Assembly (NCBI GenBank): GCA_965178125.1
Contig: OZ237747.1
Span: 248,001 to 312,000 of the forward strand
Direction of reading: 5' to 3'
From: Bilabrum cf. latius
Taxonomy: Eukaryota
DNA length: 64,000 nt
Positions 10,801 to 24,123 of the stretch are shown piece after piece (position 1 is the stretch's first letter; every line of letters starts with the position of its first letter). The position numbers and the translations under genes are program-made. The notes beneath the pieces were generated by a model. The model did not search any database and had not been told where the DNA came from. It saw only the letters and a program-made list of their open reading frames with translations.

Positions 10801-13800
10801 CTGCGCTGCTCCAAGCCCGCCGCTCCACGCGCACGCGCCGCGTCGGCGTCGCTGGCGGCCTGCGCAGCCTCCGATCTCGCCTGCAGCACCTCACGCTGCG
10901 CCAGCTCCTGAAGCTCCAGCAGCCTCCGGTGGGCCGCTTCCGTCTGCTCCTTGTCGCGGCGGGCCTGTTCCAGCTGCAGGACTGCCTTCTCCGCGGCAGC
11001 CTGTCTTCGCCTCGTCTCGGCCTTCACGGCTGCTGCCGATTCTGCCCTGATGCTGGCAGCCCCACTGCTCTGCGCGGCAGCGGCCGACACCACCGCGGCT
11101 CGAGCGGCTGCCGCCCGGTCTCGCAGCTCCTACTCCGCCAGCGCCGCCCGCTCGGCTGTTCTGCGCGAGGCGGTCCACAGCCCCTCGGCTGTGGGCGCGG
11201 GCAACCGGCCCCCAGAGACCGTAACCTCCTCGCCCCCATCCCCCTCTTCCCCTCGCTGGCTCGCGCCCGACTCCCCCAGGTATGCTGTGGATCCCACCGC
11301 GGTCACGCTGCGGGCGCCGTGACGGCCCGCCACGGATTCGATCAGGCGGTGCAGGGCAGTGTAAGCCACTCCCACCGCTTCTCCACGCTGGTCCGCGCGC
11401 GCGATCCGAGCCGACACGGCAGACTCGGCCGCCCGAATCCTGCCCGCCAACGGGGCCACGGTCCCAGCCGCAGGCGCGCCCACCTGTCTCTCTGCCTCGG
11501 CATCCACGGCCGCGGAGAGCTGCGCCACGCGGTCCAGGACCGCCCCTCGAGAGTGGGGCTGCAGGGACAGCACAAAGGGGCTGGAGGGAGCGAGAGGCCC
11601 GCAGAACTCCCCCTGCTGCCCCTGCTAGTCCACTGGATCGCTGGCGGGACCACGGCTGCCAGCGGGTGCCCCATCCCTACCGATAGACCCAGACCCGTAC
11701 CCCGCCGCTGGACGAGAGAACTTGCCCCTGCGACCGGGAGGGGGCAGCTCGAACCCCTTGCGACCACCAACCGAATCGTCCAAACCCCTGGCTGAGGCTG
11801 AACGGGCGGCCGCGGCCGCTGCTACGTGCGCCGCGTCGGCCTCGTCGTATTCCACAGCACGCCTGGCCACCGCCTCGGCTGCCTCGCGGGGGTCGAACCG
11901 CCTCTCGCCCAGCCGAGGGTGCCTCGACACCGGCACGGCCCCACCGCTGCCAGGGAACACGCGCGCGTCCACCTCGGCACCCACGGTGCCCAGCGCCTCC
12001 GGGAGCTCCTCGTCCTCCTTGATGCTGGCCGGGCCCCGTTCCTGGTAGTGCGCCACGGCAGCCTCCACCGCGCCCGGCTGGGTAAAGTCGATCCTCGCGA
12101 GCAGGGCCGCCCGTATGGCGGTTCTCCTCCTCCTTCCCTCGCTCTCCACCTCCCTCCTCAGGTCACTCAGCTGCCTCTCCGCCTCTTGTGCCCTGGCCAG
12201 CGAGTCCTCCGCCTCGTGCTGCGCCCGGGACAGACGCTCCCTCGCCTCCTCTCGCGCGCGACGGGCCACGAACCGACGCCACACCACCAGGGCGTCTGCT
12301 TTGGCCTTCCTCGCGCGACCATTGAGCAGCTGCCTGGCGGCGAACCGAGTTGAGAGCTGCTCGATGTGACGAGCGCGCGCCTGCATGCGGCGAGAGGCAT
12401 CCGCAGACCTCCTGATCGCCGCGCTGGCGATGACCCTGGTCTTGGTGGCCTCCAGCTCCGCCTTGGCCGCCCTGCTCATGTGCCCTGCAGACTGCTGCTC
12501 GGCCTCTCTGGCCGCCTGCTTTGCGTCCTTCAGCATCTCTAGCAGCTTGAGCCTGTCCTGCTCCCACCGGGTCTCGACCCCGTGCACCGCATCCCTGGCG
12601 TGGTGCTCGGCCTTGCCCATCGCTTTCTTGGACCGTGCCCGCTCCTCCTCCAGGGCCTCTTTGTACACGTCCCTCTGAGACCTTGCCTGACCCAACCCCG
12701 CCTTGAGCTCCGCCAGCCGGGCCCGAAGACGGTCCAGCTCCAGCTCAGCCTCGTCCAGCCGGTCGTGCAGCTGCTCCGCCTCGGACTCCCGAGCCGCCAG
12801 CTCTGCACGCGCCCCCGCTCCATCCCCATCTACCCCCTGATCCATGCTGTCGTCAACCCCGTCCACAGACAGATCCAAGCCGCCGGTCTCTACCCCAAAC
12901 CCGACTGGTTCGATGGCCAGCTGCTTGCAACCGGCCTGCACACTAGTGTGCTGCCCCCCCGCAGCAGCACTGGGCGTGATGCCGGTGCCGACGTCCTTGA
13001 GCGTGGATCGCCTGCGCTGGAGCTAAAAGCTGTTCATGCGGCGGTGCGGGCTCGGCGGCGGGGGCACCAGCGCCTGCTGCCCGACGTGGGTCTGCCTCTG
13101 GCAGCTTGACATAGCCGCAGACCTACGGCGGGAAGCGGCCCCTCCTGCCCAGCCCCGGGCCCCATCGAGCATGCTCCGCATCTAGTCAAGAAAGACTCCC
13201 ATGTTGGATCCCTCGCCGCCGCCTTGACCTGTCGGGCCCTCCCGACGGCTTGATATAGCCGGCATCGAGGGTGGCACCATGCCATGGTGCCTCCTCGAGT
13301 GGTGCGACAACAGGGCATCAAACGACACGAACCGCTTGCGGCAGTGCTCGCACGGAAACACAGACACGTCCACCGTGCCGTTGGTTCGAAGCACCCGAGA
13401 ACCGCCATCCAACGTGCCCCTGCCTCGGCTTGTTCTCCCTGTTGCTCCCCCCAGACCCCCCATTTCCCCTTCCATCCCTCGCATGGTCCTGTAGGCCTGC
13501 TCCACGTACTTGCCGATCTGTACCAGGGCCTTGTGCGAGGCAGCCAGAGAAGTGGCATCCACCGCCCATGGCTGCGGCTCGCCCCCAGGCACCGTCACGT
13601 GCCCCGCCCCCGCGCTGAGCACGCCCGCATCGAGCGCAGCGCCCAGCACCTGCCTGAGGGACCTGACGGCCCTCCTCGCCTGCTCGTCCCTCTCCTCGAG
13701 GCGGGCGACCCGGGTGTTGGCAGCTCGCAGGTCTCTCTCCATCTAGGCCAGAAGGACGTCTCCTCCTGCGGTGCAATGCAGTGCACATGAAACGGATCGG

Positions 13801-14770
13801 AGTGGGGGGGGGGGGGGGTGGATCGTTGTGGGAGGCATGGCAGCTGCAATGTGCTGACAGGCGCGTGCACTGGCAAATCGCGGCCCAAATGGAGCCAGGA
13901 AAGCAATGATCAGAAGTCAACAATGTTCTTCTGGCGTGATTCGAACCCCAGCTCACTCCGTAGGTCGGCAGCCATGGACTTGCTCGCAGCTCGAGCCCTC
14001 CCACCCTCGTAGCGCCACGCCTGCAGGCACAGCTGAGTCAACTTGAAAAGCCGCACTGTATCCTCCGGAGGCCTTTCTTCCACTTCTTCCGGGCGAAGAT
14101 ATCCCCGTGCGAGCCACTGTGCCATGGACAGCACGGCTGGCGGCGGGGCGACGCCAATGCGCAGCTGCTTGCGAAGCAACGCATCGGCCTCTGTGGCCGT
14201 GAGGCCTTCGGCATCCGCCACCTTTTTGGTGTGTGCGGCAAGCTTCTTAATCCTCAGAGCATGCGCCCGAGTAAACTCGGCGGCGTCTGTCCTCAAGACT
14301 GTCCGCCAAGGTATGTGATCTCTTGACGCGGGGCTCTCAAAGGTAAACAGCGTCGAGGCCGGCAAATCGTCATCTGATGCATGCTTGGCTTCTGCATAAT
14401 TATTTGTCATTGAATTTGTCGTGCGGCTGCTATCGATGTTAAGTAGCTTCAAGACAGACCTAGCCCCAGCAATCGCAACGGCAGGTCGCCCAGCAGACAG
14501 TGCCTCTGAAGCTTTTCGTAGCGCCTGCGAGTCTGCAGATTCGCTCATTGATGAATCAAATTCTGAAAGGCTCTCTTGCCCAGATTCCGCTGTCACATTC
14601 GGATTCTATACACCCGGAACGGATGGACCCGTGCTTGGGCTCGAGACGCTACCTGACGAGGGCTTGGGCTGTAGAACTGGCGGCACAGAGTCTCTCGAGG
14701 TTCTGACAATAGAATCTATCTCCAGCAGCTGCAGCACGCCATCTGGTTTTGGCGCATCCATCGCTGCCAT
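7845..14770 (-). CDS. Large (~2240 aa) DZIP1/Iguana-like coiled-coil protein with a single C2H2 finger and a long low-complexity tail; intron 13766-13956
   Basis: Eight ORF-track fragments lie in one frame, separated by about 18 TAGs and one intron. N-terminal FTFE..IPWRTVL..LFKLTQLCLQ, then coiled coil, then FPCEHCRKRFVSFDALLSHHSRRH follows the Dzip-like_N + C2H2 order. Ends in TGA. Confidence 0.65.
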
Positions 14771-15129
14771 GGCTTAGAGTTTTGACGACCGTTGGCTACG
14801 CCTATTTATCTTCATCATTGCGAAAAGATCATCGTGGAGTGCGTTGCATGGGTGGAGGTGGTGTTTCGGCGGGTTCAAAAGTCATACTCATGACATACAT
14901 ACAGAAAAAGGGAGAACAGAGGGGAACTCGGTGAGAAGCGTGGACATGCCGAAACGCGCGGGCGCGGACCCCTCAGCACTCGAAGAGCACGCGACTCGTC
15001 TGCCGCTCATGTCCAGATATGACATCCCAGAATTCCTCCTCTGCAGCTTGTGGTCGGGCGATCCGATCCCCACTCGGAGCCGCTCATGATCCGGAATAAA
15101 CCGCCACCCACCCACGCGCACCAGCTTAC

Positions 15130-15774
15130 TGTTATATGTACTCGGACATCAGGATTGAAGCGACGGGGAGCAGAGGTGAGCCGGAAGACGAGGTGGGCGC
15201 AGGAGGACAGGAGGTGGAGAAGAAGAGGGGGACACCGGCACAGGCGACGACAGTGCGGTGTCAACAGGGAGAACACAACGGGAGGAATGGGGGCTCCAGG
15301 TGCAAGGCACGAGGGAGACGCGGGTGGCAGCGGGCTGCATGGCCAGCAGCACGCAGAGGGCCAACAGGTGGGTGGACAGATGTGGCGCACGGCAGGTCGG
15401 CCAGGACCGGCGCGTGCAAGCTGAAAGGATAGGGCCAAGGTGGCAATGCAGGGAGCAAAGCACACGGTCCCTAGGGCGCGGAACAGGAACAGGAAGCCAT
15501 GTGGCGACGAGGCCAGTCGGGTGAGCCTTTGCCCGGGGGGGGATCAGTCGGGTGCATTGGGAAAGTGGCGTGTACATTCGTAGTGTCAATTGAATACCGC
15601 ATTCAGGTGGACCGGTGAAGAACCAGTCGTTCGGGGTGAAGCCCAGTGGGTCCGCCGGACCGGGGGCAGGAATTTTCTTTTTGGTGGATGCCAACCAGTG
15701 TGGATTGCAGCAGCCGTGAGGATGAGCCAATGGGTGTGGTTGAAGGAACAAATCTGATCTGTAGTCTAGGTTCA
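15130..15774. mobile_element. Non-coding ~645-bp interspersed element, copy 1 (termini TGTTATATG...CTAGGTTCA)
   Basis: Interrupts a spacer that is uninterrupted in the paralogous unit at 21680-22080. Near-identical copies at 27673-28221 and, inverted, at ~32730-33033. Confidence 0.7.
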
Positions 15775-15903
15775 ATACCAGGTTCGTCTCCATCAGGCTA
15801 CCCATACCCCATATCAACCATAAATGCAGGAATACCGTTTTGCCACTAGTGCAAGCAGGCATGGCTTGATCAACAGGCCATGCACAGAGCGTACCCAAGC
15901 CTA

Positions 15904-17544
15904 TCAGTGCATTGCGACGATGTGCTTCTTGAGACTGCCTGCCTGCCCAAAGCGCTGGCCGCACACAGAGCACTCGTGATTGCGCTCCCCAAGGTGCACA
16001 GTCCTCATGTGCATCGTGAGAGTACCTGCTTGCCCAAAGCGCTTGCCGCACACAGAGCACTCGTGATTGCGCTCCCCCAGGTGCACAGTCCTCATGTGCG
16101 TCGTGAGACTGCCTGCCTCCCCGAAGCGCTTGCCGCACACAGAGCACTCGTGATTGCGCTCCCCAAGGTGCACAGTCCTCATGTGCTTCGTGAGATGGCC
16201 TGCCACCCCAAAGCGCTTGCCGCACACAGAGCACTCGTGATTGCGCTCCCCAAGGTGCACAGTCCTCATGTGCGTCTTGAGATTGCCTGCCTGCCCAAAG
16301 CGCTTGCCGCACACAGAGCACTCGTGATTGCGCTCCCCATGGTGCACAGTCCTCATGTGCTTCGTGAGATTACTTGCCTGCCCAAAGCGCTTGCCGCACA
16401 CAGAGCACTCGTGATTGCGCTCCCCATGGTGCACAGTCCTCATGTGCTTAGTGAGATTGCTTGCCTCCCCGAAGCGCTTGCCGCACACAGAGCACTCGTG
16501 ATTGCGCTCCCCATGGTGCACAGTCCTCATGTGCTTTGTGAGACTGCCTGCCTCCCCGAAGCGCGTGCCGCACACAGAGCACTCGTGATTGCGCTCCCCA
16601 AGGTGCACAGTCCTCATGTGCGTCGTGAGATGGCTTGCCTGCCCGAAGCGCTTGCCGCACACAGAGCACTCGTGATTGCGCTCCCCATGGTGCACAGTCC
16701 TCATGTGCTTTGTGAGACTGCTTGCCTCCCCGAAGCGCTGGCCGCACACAGAGCACTCGTGATTGCGCTCCCCAAGGTGCACAGTCCTCATGTGCATCGT
16801 GAGACTGCCTGCCACCCCAAAGCGCTTGCCGCACACAGAGCACTCGTGATTGCGCTCCCCAAGGTGCACAGTCTTCATGTGCTTAGTGAGATTGCTTGCC
16901 TGCCCAAAGCGCTTGCCGCACACAGAGCACTCGTGATTGCGCTCCCCATGGTGCACAGTCCTCATGTGCTTTGTGAGATTACCTGCCTCCCCGAAGCGCT
17001 TGCCGCACACAGAGCACTCGTGATTGCGCTCCCCAAGGTGCACAGTCCTCATGTGCGTCTTGAGACTGCCTGCCGCCCCAAAGCGCTTGCCGCACACAGA
17101 GCAATCGTATCCCTTGCTCCTATCGCTGGTGGGCACCCCTGCCGCTGGACTCGGCTCCCTTCTCCTCCTCTTCTTCTTCTTCTCGCTTGCACCGTGCTCG
17201 TCCACTGCATCGTCAGCTTCTACGGCAGCCTCCAAGTCTTCACGGACTCTCTTCTGCCCCAAGCGCGCACCTGTGCTGGGAGCACTAGATGACATCGATT
17301 CAGTTGACTAGACTCCAGAAGCCAAGGGCAATGCAGCTGTTGAACTTGGTGCTGACGACAACTCTGGACCAAATGCCCTCCTGCTGCTTCGCCCAGCTCG
17401 CCCACTCCGGGATACAACGGCACCTAGTCCAGATGATCCCTCTTCTGCACGATCACCAAACCCCATGCTTCCGCCGGGGCCGCCCTCAAACTCTTCTTCA
17501 CTATCACTGCTCACCAGGTCGATCACCTCATCTGGATCTGCCAT
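15904..17544 (-). CDS. Tandem C2H2 zinc-finger protein, copy 1 (14 fingers), with N-terminal SIM-like and NLS motifs; 1 in-frame TAG
   Basis: MADPDEVIDLVSSDSEEEF...ASGV(TAG 17308-17310)STESMSSS...KKKKRRRR, then 29-aa CSVCGKRFGxxxxLxxHMRTVHLGERNHE repeats. Ends in TGA. Confidence 0.9.
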
Positions 17545-18003
17545 GGAAAACACGCCAAGATGCAACAGAAAGCCTGCACTGTCTTACAAGCTTGTCTCCA
17601 CTTCAAGTTGATAGGACTAAACACCAATGTCAGCCGAGTCGAGATACACCACGGCTTCCAGTCTGCTCCAGTACTAGGTCAGGGGTTTCGGGGCCTTGCC
17701 TGGATATACCCAACTCGCCACAGTGATGGCAGCTGAAGAAGCCTATACAGACAGAGATTGATTGAAGTTACTCGATGACGCTTCTCGTACTATTCGATAG
17801 GCGCGATCAATTGCCAATGGAGAAGCCTTCCTGGCCTCGGGGTTCCGCAACGAACACGGACCCCGCGCACCGCCAGCACGCAGCCTGCAGTCGATCCAGG
17901 GTTTGCACAGATACCAAGGCTGACACTCAACAAGCACACATGCATACACATCCCCATGACGCCCACATGCTAAGCCCCCTGACCATTCCAAGCCGAGTTC
18001 CAA

Positions 18004-21000
18004 TCACACCATCCCCTCCAGACCCCCGGCACCTCGAGAAGCAAATGAGCCGACTCGGCCACGGCAGTGGCCAGCCGCTTCACCTCCCTCTTCTCCGTCG
18101 CCTTCCCTCGGGGACCACACTCCCACGTGAAGCACCCCCGCACCCCCGCGCTCGGCACACCCAGCGCCCACCCCTTGCCCTGACGGTCCCCCACGCTTAC
18201 CCCCTCCCCGCCCCCGAACACCATCGCCGCCCCCTCCCCGCTCCCGGACCCAGCCCCTTCGTCCACCGAGCCCAGGCCAGACCCAGCCCCAGAGCCCGGG
18301 CTCAAGACCCCCTGCCTCCTCCTGCTCCTGCTGCTCCTCCTGGACCCTGAGCCGATTCCAACGGAGCCCACAGCCACTGGACTCGGGCTGCCCGAGGAGG
18401 AGGACGAAGCAGCGCTCGCGGTGCCGATGCCGTCGGGGCCTGCCACAGCCGATCCCACCCGCATGGCGAGGCGCAGCAGGACGCACACCCTGTCGCTGCA
18501 GCGCACCGCATTCAACCTCGCGCCCAACGACCCACCACCTGCACCTGCACCTCCAGTGGCACAGCGCAGCGCCGAGACAGCCCCTCTGGAGCCCTGGTCC
18601 CCAGCCAAAGCGAGCATGCGCTCGAGCACCTGCTTCCTGCTCGCCTCCGCGCTTGTTCCCTCGCCGCCCCGGGGCACTCCCATCACGGCCTCTCCGCGCA
18701 CCAGGGGCATGGCCCACGCCGCACTGCGATGCATCACGTCGTGCATCATCCAGACCAGCTGAGGCACTACGGCCCGTCTCACCCAGCCGGCGGCGGGCAC
18801 GCGGCAGCACAGGGGGGTTGGGTCCCCCCCATGCCCGGACCCGGGCGCGAGTCCCCGGCCGCCCAGCCGCCCCGCGTCCAGCCCCAGGCCGGCCTCGTCC
18901 CATGGCCCGCAGTTGGCTCCGCGGGGCCGGGTCCAGTCGTTCTCCAGGCTCGCCATGGCCTGGCTCACCTCGCGGGCCGCGCCAGAGGACGGGTGCGTGG
19001 GCGCGGCGGAGGCGCCGCCGTGTTCCCCGAGCGACTCCTAGTCCGATTCCTAGTCCCAGTGCGTGCACGGACCAGGACTTGCGGGGGGCCAAGCCACGAA
19101 GACCGGAACCTACTTGATGCGCTCACGGCCTCGCCCTGCCCCTGCTCCTGCCCCTGTCGATGCCGGTGCCTCCAACCGCTCGTCCTCATCGCCCTCCTCC
19201 TGGTCTCGTGAGATGGGCCGCGAGGGAACCTGCGCGTGCGAACGGATGGACGGCACGCACAGGTCGGCACGTCCGGGCACCAGTCCTCCCAAGCCAGCGT
19301 CCTCGGGGCCCAGCACTCCGGCAGCAGCGGCCCCCGCTGCCCATCGAGTGCGAATGGCCTTCGCTCGCCTACCGCTGCTGCTGCTGCTGCTGCTGCTCCC
19401 GGTTGCATCTGCAGCACCCGAAGCCCCGCCGAGCCTTGCCCCCCAGCCGATCGCCCCTGTCTCTTCGGGCGCAGACCGGCATCCAGCCGCCACCTCTGCT
19501 GCCGCCTCCATGGGTGCCTGCAGCCACCCGCAGGCCCCGGCCCCTGCGCCCGCCACTGCCTCCGCCAGCATGGCCCACGCCCGCAGCGCCAGCAGCTCTG
19601 CCCGCCTGTACCTCCCGCTCGCCCCCTCCCTCCACCGACCCAGCGCGGCCTGCCAGTGCCCCCCCGCCAGTCCCACCAAAGTGGGGGGCCCCTCCAGGGG
19701 CTCCTGCACGGAGGCTTGCCAACGGCGGTACGCCCGCAGCGCGCGAGTCAACCGCCGCCAGCACAGGTGCTCAGACACCGCCAGGCCAAGGCTCGGATGC
19801 GCGGCGCCACTTCCGCACGCGGCCTCCCTGATCGCGTCAGCGGTCTCGTCGTACTTGAGGAGCGATCGCACCGGCGCAAATGGGCCGTAGGAAGGCTCCC
19901 CCTCGTCGTCGGCACCCTGTTCCCTCAGATCCGCAAGCGAAAGCTCCGCGGCCCGAGCCAAGTCACGCGCCTGCTAGGTGGACCCAACGCCCACCCCGTG
20001 GCCATGTGCAACCCCTTGCCCTCCCATGCCGTCCTCGCCATCCGCATCGCGATGCGCGCTCGCCCTGTCCTCTCCCTCTCCCTCTCCCTCTCCCTCTCCC
20101 TCTCCCTCTCCCTCTCCCTCTCCCTCTCCCTCTCCCTCTCCCTCTCCCTCTCCCTCTCCCTCTCCCTCTCCCTCTCCCTCTCCCTCTCCCTCTCCCTCTC
20201 CCTCTCCCTCTCCCTCTCCCTCTCCCTCTCCCTCTCCCTCGCTCTCGTCCCGCACAGACTCGCCCCCCGCGATGCACCCCACCGCGTGCAGCAGAGAGTC
20301 CAGCTCCTGCTCCGCTCTGTCTCCGACCGTGCGCCCGAAGCTAGAAGCACCCCACAGCCGCTCTCCAGCAGACGCTCCCAGCAGCAGAGGACCACCCGCG
20401 GGCGTGACACTGCCGCTCGGCACAGGGGTCCCCGTCGCGTCGCGGGGCCCCTCGCTTGGTCTCGCAAGCCCCATGGCCTTGAGGTGGTGCTCCACCATGA
20501 GCAGCCTGCACTGCGCGTTGGCAGCAGCCAGAGCGGCACGCGCGTCAGGCACGAAGGCAGACACACCTCGCGCGCTAGGCACGCAGGGAAGCGCCGCCGC
20601 GGCCACGGCGTGCACTCGGCGAGCGAGCCCGGGTGCCAGTCTCCATCGCCTGCAGAATGCAGCGCCGGCACTGCCCCCGAGCCCCACGCCCAGTGCGGCC
20701 GGTGCCATGGGCGGGGGCGGTGGCAGGCACCCCGCGCACCGCAGGTCCGCCCCGATCCCCCCCTTGCTGGATGATCCCCCCACGTCCACAAGCGCGGAAG
20801 CAGCCTCCCGCAACGCCTGCCTCGCGCTTGGATCCTCCACGGACCGCTCCCATCCCGGCAGCAGCCCGGCCACTGCGGCCCTCAGACCGGTCGGGGCCAG
20901 GGCAGGGAGGCTCCTCCTTGCGTGCAGAAAGGTGGACGCAAGGGCGCCCCCGTTGCAGCTCGCCCGCTGCAGCGCCGCCGTCAGCACGCCCAGCGCGCGG

Positions 21001-21671
21001 GGCCGCAGGAGCCCCGCCCGCACGTCCGAGGCAGCCCTGCTGTCCGCGCCTTTGGCCAGGTGCGCGATGCACGCGGCAGCATCCACAGCGCGCTGGCACT
21101 GACCCCCAGCAAGCAGGTGGCCCGCGTACAGCTCCAGGATGCGCACGGCGGACCCCATCGCGTGCATGTACTGCGAGCGACAGTCCCTGGCCTGCGCCTC
21201 CGCCTGCTCCCCACTTGTTCCCTGGGTCGCGTGCAGCACCGACCGCGCCAGGTCAGGGGCCACCGCCCGCACCGCGTCGTCGGACAACATGGCACCGCCC
21301 GCCGTCTCCGCGCCGGCACCCATCAGGCGCAGCGCCTGCGCCACGGTGCCGCCGCCGATGAGCCAGCCGGCCACGGCCCCTGCGATGGACCGCAGCACCG
21401 GCGCGTTGGCGGCGGCGAGCCTGGCCCGCGCCATGAAATCGCCGTAGGGGGCGCCCAAACGGCGGGAAGTGTGCGCCAACGAGGCTGCCGCGGCCTCCAG
21501 CTGCGGATAGGTCTCGCTCGACAGTGGGCCGCTGCTGCCTCCCTGCGCGCTACCCCTGACAGACGACACGACCCCCATGCCCCCGCTAGTGCTTCTGCTG
21601 TCCCCCACGGCACCGCGCGAGGGAGAGGAAGCCCCGGAACTCGCCGAGGTGCCCTCTGGAAGCGCCAGCCG
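18004..21671 (-). pseudogene. 5'-truncated duplicate of the 3' part of the Nup107-like gene (copy A), frameshifted near its 3' end
   Basis: Near-identical to 35183-38788. It lacks the 5' part, and a C-run near 18022 is 2 nt shorter than in the other copies, which changes the C-terminus. Confidence 0.7.
20071..20238. repeat. (TCTCCC)n microsatellite, ~28 units, encoding poly-(Glu-Gly) on the minus strand
   Basis: Read directly. Paralogous tracts at ~26195-26235 (degenerate), ~32075-32112 and ~37253-37356 differ in length. Confidence 0.95.
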
Positions 21672-22111
21672 CAAAACGCGCGGACGCTGGCCCCTCGGCG
21701 CTCGGAGAGCACCGCGACTCGATTGCCGCTCAAGTCCAGATGTGACTTCCCAGACTTCCTCCTCTGCAGCTTGTGGTCGGGCGATTCGATCCCCACTCAG
21801 TCTCGCTCATGATCCAGAACAGACCCCCACCCACCCACGCGCACCAGCTTCACCTCCCAGGGACGTCTCCGCCTGGCTATCCATTCCCCCTATCAACCAT
21901 ACCAGATCATCCCGCCGGTCACCTCCTTCACTGCAGTCGCCCTCCCACCAAACCACTTCTTGCCCTGCATAATCTTTACCAAATCCAGTTCTACGCACGA
22001 GACAGAGAAGACCGCGTCAGCAACAAAGCACAAATGCAGGAATACCTTTGACACTGGTGAAAGCAGGCATGAATTGCTAAACAGGTCGTGCACACAGCGT
22101 ATCCAAGCCTA

Positions 22112-23668
22112 TCAGTGCATCGCAGTTATGTGCTTCTTGAGACTGCTTGCCTGCCCAAAGCGCTTGCCGCACACAGAGCACTCGTGATTGCGCTCCCCAA
22201 GGTGCACAGTCCTCATGTGCTTTGTAAGACTGTCTAAGCGCCCAAAGCGCTTGCCGCACACAGAGCACTCGTGATTGCGCTCGCCAAGGTGCACAGTCCT
22301 CATGTGCGTCGTAAGACTGCCTGTCACCCCAAAGCGCTTGCCGCACACAGAGCACTCGTGATTGCGCTCCCCAAGGTGCACAGTCCTCATGTGCCTAGTG
22401 AGACTGCCTGCCACCCCGAAGCGCCTGCCGCACACAGAGCACTCGTGATTGCGCTCCCCAAGGTGCACAGTCCTCATGTGCTTCGCGAGATTGCCTGCCT
22501 CCCCGAAGCGCTTGCCGCACACAGAGCACTCGTGATTGCGCTCCCCAACATGCACAGTCCTCATGTGCGTCTTGAGATGGCCTGCCTCCCCGAAGTGCTT
22601 GCCGCACACAGAGCACTCGTGATTGCGCTCCCCAAGGTGCACAGTCCTCATGTGCGTCTTGAGACTGCCTGCCTGCCCAAAGCGCTGGCCGCACACAGAG
22701 CACTCGTGATTGTGCTCCCCAAGGTGCACAGTCCTCATGTGCGTCGTAAGACTGCCTGCCTCCCCAAAGCGCTGGCCGCACACAGAGCACTCGTGATTGC
22801 GCTCCCCAAGGTGCACAGTCCTCATGTGCGTCGTAAGACTGCCTGCCTGCCCAAAGCGCTGGCCGCACACAGAGCACTCGTGATTGCGCTCCCCAACGTG
22901 CACAGTCCTCATGTGCATGGTGAGATTGCCTGCCTGCCCAAAGCGCTTGCCGCACACAGAGCACTCGTGATTGCGCTCCCCAAGGTGCACAGTCCTCATG
23001 TGCGTCGTAAGACTGCCTGCCTGCCCAAAGCGCTGGCCGCACACAGAGCACTCGTGATTGCGCTCCCCAAGGTGCACAGTCCTCATGTGCTTTGTGAGAC
23101 TGCCTGCCTGCCCAAAGCGCTTGCCGCACACAGAGCACTCGTGATTGCGCTCCCCAAGGTGCACAGTCCTCATGTGCTTTGTGAGACTGCCTGCCACCCC
23201 AAAGCGCTTGCCGCACACAGAGCAGCCGGATCCCTTGCTCCTATCGCTGGTGAGCGCACCTGCCGCTGTACTAGGCTCCCTTCTCCTCCTCTTCTTCTTC
23301 TTCTTGCTGCTTGCACCGCGCCCGACCACTGCATCGCCAGCTTCTACGGCAGTCTCGAAGTCTTCACGGACTCTCTTCTGCCCCAAGCGCGCACCTCTGC
23401 TGGCAGCACTAGATGACATCGATTCAGTTGACTAGACTCCAGAAGCCAATGGCATTGCAGCTGTTGAACTTGATGCTGACGACAACTCTGGACAAAATGC
23501 CCTCCTCCTTCTTCGCCCAGCTCGCCCACTCCATGATACAACGGCACCTAGTCCAGATGATCCATCTTCTGCACGATCACCATCCCCCATGCTTCCGCCG
23601 GGGTTGCCCTCAAACTCTTCTTCACTATCACTGCTCACCAGGTCAATCACCTCATCTGGACCTGCCAT
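22112..23668 (-). CDS. Tandem C2H2 zinc-finger protein, copy 2 (13 fingers); 1 in-frame TAG
   Basis: Same architecture as copy 1 (MAGPDEVIDLVSSDSEEEF; TAG at 23432-23434). Ends in TGA. Confidence 0.9.
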
Positions 23669-24123
23669 GGAAAACACACCAAGATGCAAACAAAGCCTGC
23701 ACTGTCTTACAAGCTTGTCTCCACTTCAAGTTGATAAGACTCAAAACCAATGTCAGCCTAGTCGAGATACACCCCGGCTTCCAGTCTGCTCCAGTACTAG
23801 GTCAGGGATTTCGGGGTCTTGCCTGGAGATACCCAACTCGCCACAGTGATGGCAGCTGAAGAAGCCTATACAGACAGAGATTGAAGATACACGATGAGGC
23901 TTCTCGTACTATTCGATAGGCGCGATCAATAGCCAAGAGTGAAGCCTTCCTGGCCTCGAGGTTCCGGAATGAACATAGACTCCGCGCACTGCCAGCACGC
24001 AGTCTGCAGTCGATCCAGGATTTGCACAGATACCAAGGCTGACACTCAAACAAGCACTCTTGGATACACATCCCCATGACGCCCACACGCTTAACCCCCT
24101 GACCATTCCAAGCCGAGTTCCAA

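Noticed and set aside
13804-13818. Poly-G run as a functional element
   Set aside because: It is a simple homopolymer inside the predicted intron 13766-13956, with no further support.
15880-17292. Long plus-strand and alternative-frame ORFs over the zinc-finger arrays (also 22271-23416, 28577-29296, 33591-34472, 32740-34284)
   Set aside because: These are shadow ORFs produced by a stop-free repeat unit and have no independent protein features.
19236-21102. Plus-strand poly-LS, poly-PL and poly-SP ORFs and minus-strand poly-RE ORFs
   Set aside because: They are alternative readings of the (TCTCCC)n tract in GC-rich DNA. The coding frame is the minus-strand poly-EG frame continuous with the Nup107-like gene.
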